Source: Candidatus Thalassarchaeaceae archaeon (GTDB lineage: Archaea > Thermoplasmatota > Poseidoniia > Poseidoniales > Thalassarchaeaceae). Taken from it: a stretch of DNA of 56,311 nt. The first letter of the stretch is position 1, and each line of letters starts with the position of its first letter. The position numbers and the translations under genes were made by a program. Positions 54,001 through 56,311 of this stretch are shown piece by piece. Location: the NCBI GenBank assembly GCA_030747675.1, contig JASLKH010000047.1, positions 1-56,311 on the forward strand, given 5' to 3'. Below the pieces are notes generated by a model. The model did no database searches. It worked only from the letters and a program-made list of their open reading frames with translations, and was not told the origin of the DNA.

Positions 54001-56311
54001 ACCTTACTGCTGAATTCCGTTTGGGGGTTATTCCTGTAAATAAAACCCCCAAAGAAGAGATGGAATCTTTTGTTGAATTAGATGAAGAGGCGAAAATTGA
54101 ATGTTACCGGCAAGCGAAAGAGAGTTTTGTAGCAGATATTGTAGCAGCGGCTTCAGGATTCCCTCGTCGAATGGTTCACGGTTCCGTAGATTTAGTTTCA
54201 ATTGGTATTACTCAAGACCAAATATCAATGATTCAATCTACCATACAAAGTACAGTTCAGGTTAAGGATTCACTACCCGGGACAGATTTACCTGGGTATG
54301 TGGATTGGTTGAATGAAATCCCCGGTGGTAAATCTGCGGCTATTACACGTTTTGGAAAAGGTTCATCGATTCCGATTCCAGTGATTGCAAGAACTAATCC
54401 ATCCCCTGCAATACCCATATTGTCTCCAGTCAAGGATTCGTTATCCTCACGACGGACCAATCCATTTGTAATTTCAGGAATTAGTTTGGGATTACCTGGT
54501 ATGGCCGAGGTTTTCTCCCCGGATGTTTTTGACCGAATCATCGCAGGGGAGAACTTCATATCTGAACTACCTAACGAAATGAAACAACGTTTGCTTGATA
54601 AAAACCTTGTGAGAATTGTAAAGCATTCTGATGGTTCAGCAGAATTTGTCCCATGTTCCTCTTTCGATTTGTTGCCACAACTTGCGGGTAGGGCCGGTAA
54701 GTTTGATTTGGCAGAGCAATATGGGGTCGACTCTAAAATAACGGGTGCCATGGATATTGCAACCAGTTTAGCACTCGCTGCAGGACTTGAAGCCCTCAAA
54801 GATGCAGGCCTTCCACTTGTTGCTGTAGAGCAGGTAAATAAGTCCGGAAAACGACTAATTCAGAAATGGCACCTCCCTCCAAATGAACAAAATCGAACTG
54901 GGGTAGTATTCGCCTCTTGTTTCCCTGGACTAGATATGGCGATGTCACATGCTAGGAATAATGGGGCTGACTCTGATGGGTATTTTGACCGCAGATTCCT
55001 CCTCCAAGTTCTTTCCATGGGTCATTCTCAGTTCGCCCAATGGATTGGAGCTAAAGGACCCAATACAGCAGTTAACAATGCTTGTGCATCTACTCCTGCC
55101 GCTATTGCAATCGCAGAAGATTGGTTGACAACTGGGCGTTGTGATCGTGTAATCATTGTTAGTGGAGATAATGTGACCAGTGACGAGTTGATGGAATGGA
55201 TAGGTGCTGGTTTTTCTGCTGCGGGCGCTCATGCAATGGGCAAGATTGTCGAAGAGGTCGCGTTACCATTTGATGCAAGGAGAAGCGGAATGCTCCTTGG
55301 TATGGGTGGAGCAGCCTTTGTGATGGAACGTTCCAATTATGCAATGGAAAGAGGCATTATTCCTTATGTAGAACTACTAGGTGCCTACATTGGAAACTCG
55401 GCATATCACCCCACTAGATTGGATATAGAACATGTGTCAAAATCACTAGAATTATTCATCACAAAAATGGAAAAAGATTGGGACCTCAATCGCCACCAAA
55501 TTGCACAAAAAATGAGTTTTATGTCACATGAACCAGCAACGCCTCCGCGAGGTGGTTCTGCTGCTGCTGAAATTCAGGCATTAAGGCACACATTTGGAGA
55601 GAGTGCCTCTAAGATTATTATCACGAATACAAAGGGTTTCACGGGCCATCCGATGGGTGTTGGTATAGAGGATGCAGTTGCGATTAGGGGACTTGTTCAA
55701 GGTGAATTTCCCCCTATTGCAAATTTCCGTGACCCCGATCCTGAATTAGGTGATTTGCTGCTTTCAAAGGGTGGACCTGTTGATACAGAATTTGTTTTAC
55801 GGCACGCTGCTGGTTTTGGTTCTCAAATGGCTCTAATCTTGATACGTAAAATTGCAAAGAGCCTTGACAGGATAGATCGAGAAAAAGTCGCTTCATGGAC
55901 TGCAAAATCTGTAGGTAAAGACGTAGAACTTAGAGTATTAAATCGTAAACTAATAGCCTATATTGAACCTGATGACAATATTATTGGGGGGATAAATGGT
56001 GAAGAGTATTCTGTTGTAAAGTCAACAGTAGTAATAGAACCTGTATCTGCAGTTGTAGAGGTAGCCCCACAACCAGTAACAACCTCTGGTGATCCAGATG
56101 TCGAATCAAAAGTTGTAGAGGTTGTAGTCAAGCATACAGGTTATCCTGCTGATTTCATTGAATTAGATCAGGACCTTGAGGGCGAGTTGGGAATTGACAC
56201 AGTCAAGCAAGCAGAGATTATGGCTGAGTTGCGAGAGTTTTACGGATTACCTGTGGATGAATCATTTGTGTTGTCAGAGCATCCGACATTAAATCACATG
56301 ATTACTTATCT
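51087..56311 (+). CDS. Type I PKS / PUFA-synthase (PfaA)-like multidomain megasynthase, 5' portion (KS - AT - degenerate carrier-like segment - KS - carrier domain); continues beyond the window
   Basis: This ORF is not in the supplied track because the frame has no stop before the window end. ATG 51087 is preceded by GGTGA. KS1 (about 51110-52500) has IAIIGVSALFP, DAACATT (Cys codon 51744-51746), EAHGTST and SIKSQIGHLKSAAG. AT (about 52960-53800) has FPGQGSQYVGM, GHSLGEYAAL (Ser codon 53265-53267) and SHAFHS. KS2 (about 54460-55870) has ISGISLGLPG, NNACASTPAA (Cys codon 55083-55085), SHEPATPP and NTKGFTGHPMG. The carrier-like domain (about 56100-56311) reads KHTGYPADFIELDQDLEGELGIDTVKQAEIM. 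All of these residues are in one frame with ATG 51087. Confidence 0.85.
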   Translation, partial: METLDENPQDPFEPIAIIGVSALFPDSPNVETFWKNILDGKVSLKEVPRDRWVESDFWVEGGPKNIDENKTYSKIGGWVEGYEFDWRRWRVPPGSILQIDPTQLWAVSVSAAALEDAGYLVDGGKELPSARTGVIFANALGGENRNLSNHRVWADQFARHAVEVGGMPESGKKAFKEALMEGLPKVDEDTMPGELANVVAGRVANLLDLQGPNYATDAACATTFSTVLDACRLLHTRQVDMMIAGASDRTMDPATFAKFSAIGALSASHSIPFDSRANGFVMGEGAGAIILKRLSDALSDGDQVHAVIRGVGASSDGRGKGITAPSTRGQIQAVMRAYQQAGYGPESVELIEAHGTSTVVGDATELSSLSSVFSSKSPGESVAVGSIKSQIGHLKSAAGMAGLLKAIIAVREGIIPPSAGFEKPNQNISWDENPFFIPTSPKSWDSRNNPRRAGISAFGFGGTNFHCAIEEFDLSYHSVIAAEFDARRAAWLNPSSVNSSPSEEIGNRGMNWDELKSVEGGVLLLNAEGIDELKNQITPLKVGLQSGVNFDNSPQGKRLSIELPKLSSNYTAEGLRVAIVASDWDQLFKRIELLEKSIDDRKKWDFLSKQMVMITDAPVLENDAKVAQLFPGQGSQYVGMTYDLSKRYTCVGNTWDEADLTMTSVLDGETLSSFVLRSNLTDSQKKEAEYKLKQTEYTQPAMLTADLAIYRLLKAHGLEPDMVAGHSLGEYAALMVAGILDFDGALRAVAARGTEMGNVDVPDCGIMASVTAPYELIQSALDDEDGYVIAANKNSPKMTVIAGETEPMKRVMNKFAEAGVPCVQLQTSHAFHSKIVAPANEPLRNFLNSLDLSLPVIPISSNLDGGWYPNSLPKGSTANQEILSKLAPQMASAVEWTKQIETMYEGGARLFVEVGPKRALALFTEQILEGKELVVTNTNHPKVGGIASFHAALAIHALAGRVPNFLEPDDTHLTAEFRLGVIPVNKTPKEEMESFVELDEEAKIECYRQAKESFVADIVAAASGFPRRMVHGSVDLVSIGITQDQISMIQSTIQSTVQVKDSLPGTDLPGYVDWLNEIPGGKSAAITRFGKGSSIPIPVIARTNPSPAIPILSPVKDSLSSRRTNPFVISGISLGLPGMAEVFSPDVFDRIIAGENFISELPNEMKQRLLDKNLVRIVKHSDGSAEFVPCSSFDLLPQLAGRAGKFDLAEQYGVDSKITGAMDIATSLALAAGLEALKDAGLPLVAVEQVNKSGKRLIQKWHLPPNEQNRTGVVFASCFPGLDMAMSHARNNGADSDGYFDRRFLLQVLSMGHSQFAQWIGAKGPNTAVNNACASTPAAIAIAEDWLTTGRCDRVIIVSGDNVTSDELMEWIGAGFSAAGAHAMGKIVEEVALPFDARRSGMLLGMGGAAFVMERSNYAMERGIIPYVELLGAYIGNSAYHPTRLDIEHVSKSLELFITKMEKDWDLNRHQIAQKMSFMSHEPATPPRGGSAAAEIQALRHTFGESASKIIITNTKGFTGHPMGVGIEDAVAIRGLVQGEFPPIANFRDPDPELGDLLLSKGGPVDTEFVLRHAAGFGSQMALILIRKIAKSLDRIDREKVASWTAKSVGKDVELRVLNRKLIAYIEPDDNIIGGINGEEYSVVKSTVVIEPVSAVVEVAPQPVTTSGDPDVESKVVEVVVKHTGYPADFIELDQDLEGELGIDTVKQAEIMAELREFYGLPVDESFVLSEHPTLNHMITY

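Noticed and set aside
51014-55905. Minus-strand and off-frame ORFs listed across the megasynthase region (e.g. 51725-51955, 54257-54799, 54945-55232)
   Set aside because: They are antisense to a continuous frame that encodes recognisable KS/AT/KS/carrier motifs, so they are shadow ORFs.
1-56311. Search for CRISPR arrays, IS elements/transposases, integrases, toxin-antitoxin pairs, rRNA and tRNA genes
   Set aside because: I saw no direct-repeat/spacer periodicity, no DDE/HUH/tyrosine-recombinase-like ORFs, and no cloverleaf-compatible sequence in the intergenic regions I inspected. This was a by-eye search only, so small elements could have been missed.

Overview
The window is a gene-dense, AT-rich archaeal chromosomal segment holding about 45 genes. 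Archaeal hallmarks are Orc1/Cdc6 next to an AT-rich non-coding block, a FlaI/FlaJ-type pilus module with class III signal-peptide proteins, and a DUF359-type dephospho-CoA kinase. GGTG/GGAGG Shine-Dalgarno-like motifs are also present. The bacterial-like lipid and sugar genes plus giant surface proteins suggest a planktonic Thermoplasmatota/Marine Group II-like organism; that is inference only. Content, left to right: (1) the 3' end of a secretion ATPase, two single-domain platform genes, two pilin-like genes and a GT21-like glycosyltransferase; (2) acyl-CoA and aldehyde metabolism; (3) a 2742-aa propeller/FN3-like surface protein; (4) a minus-strand operon with a BoxB/PaaA-like di-iron oxygenase; (5) glpX, moaC, moaE and a class I aldolase; (6) a divergent winged-helix gene pair sharing a 13-nt palindrome; (7) a roughly 300-nt GC-rich structured RNA I could not classify; (8) a PPAT-DPCK fusion; (9) orc1/cdc6 with a candidate origin; (10) a CysJ-like reductase, a biotin carboxylase, a PfkB kinase, an EF-Tu-like protein with a degenerate G domain, a thioesterase and a ThiI-like PP-loop protein; (11) a second giant surface protein of 1950 aa; (12) an acidic protein, a divergent TBP-fold protein and TatD. 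The most notable item is at the right edge: fabI followed by a very long open frame (51087 to the window end) that is missing from the ORF track because it has no stop. It encodes KS-AT-(degenerate carrier)-KS-carrier, a type I PKS/PUFA-synthase-like megasynthase in an archaeal context, and its carrier motif reads GIDT rather than GIDS. I saw no CRISPR array, IS element, integrase, rRNA or bona fide tRNA. CDS end coordinates include the stop codon. All homology statements come from motif recognition by eye, not from database searches.
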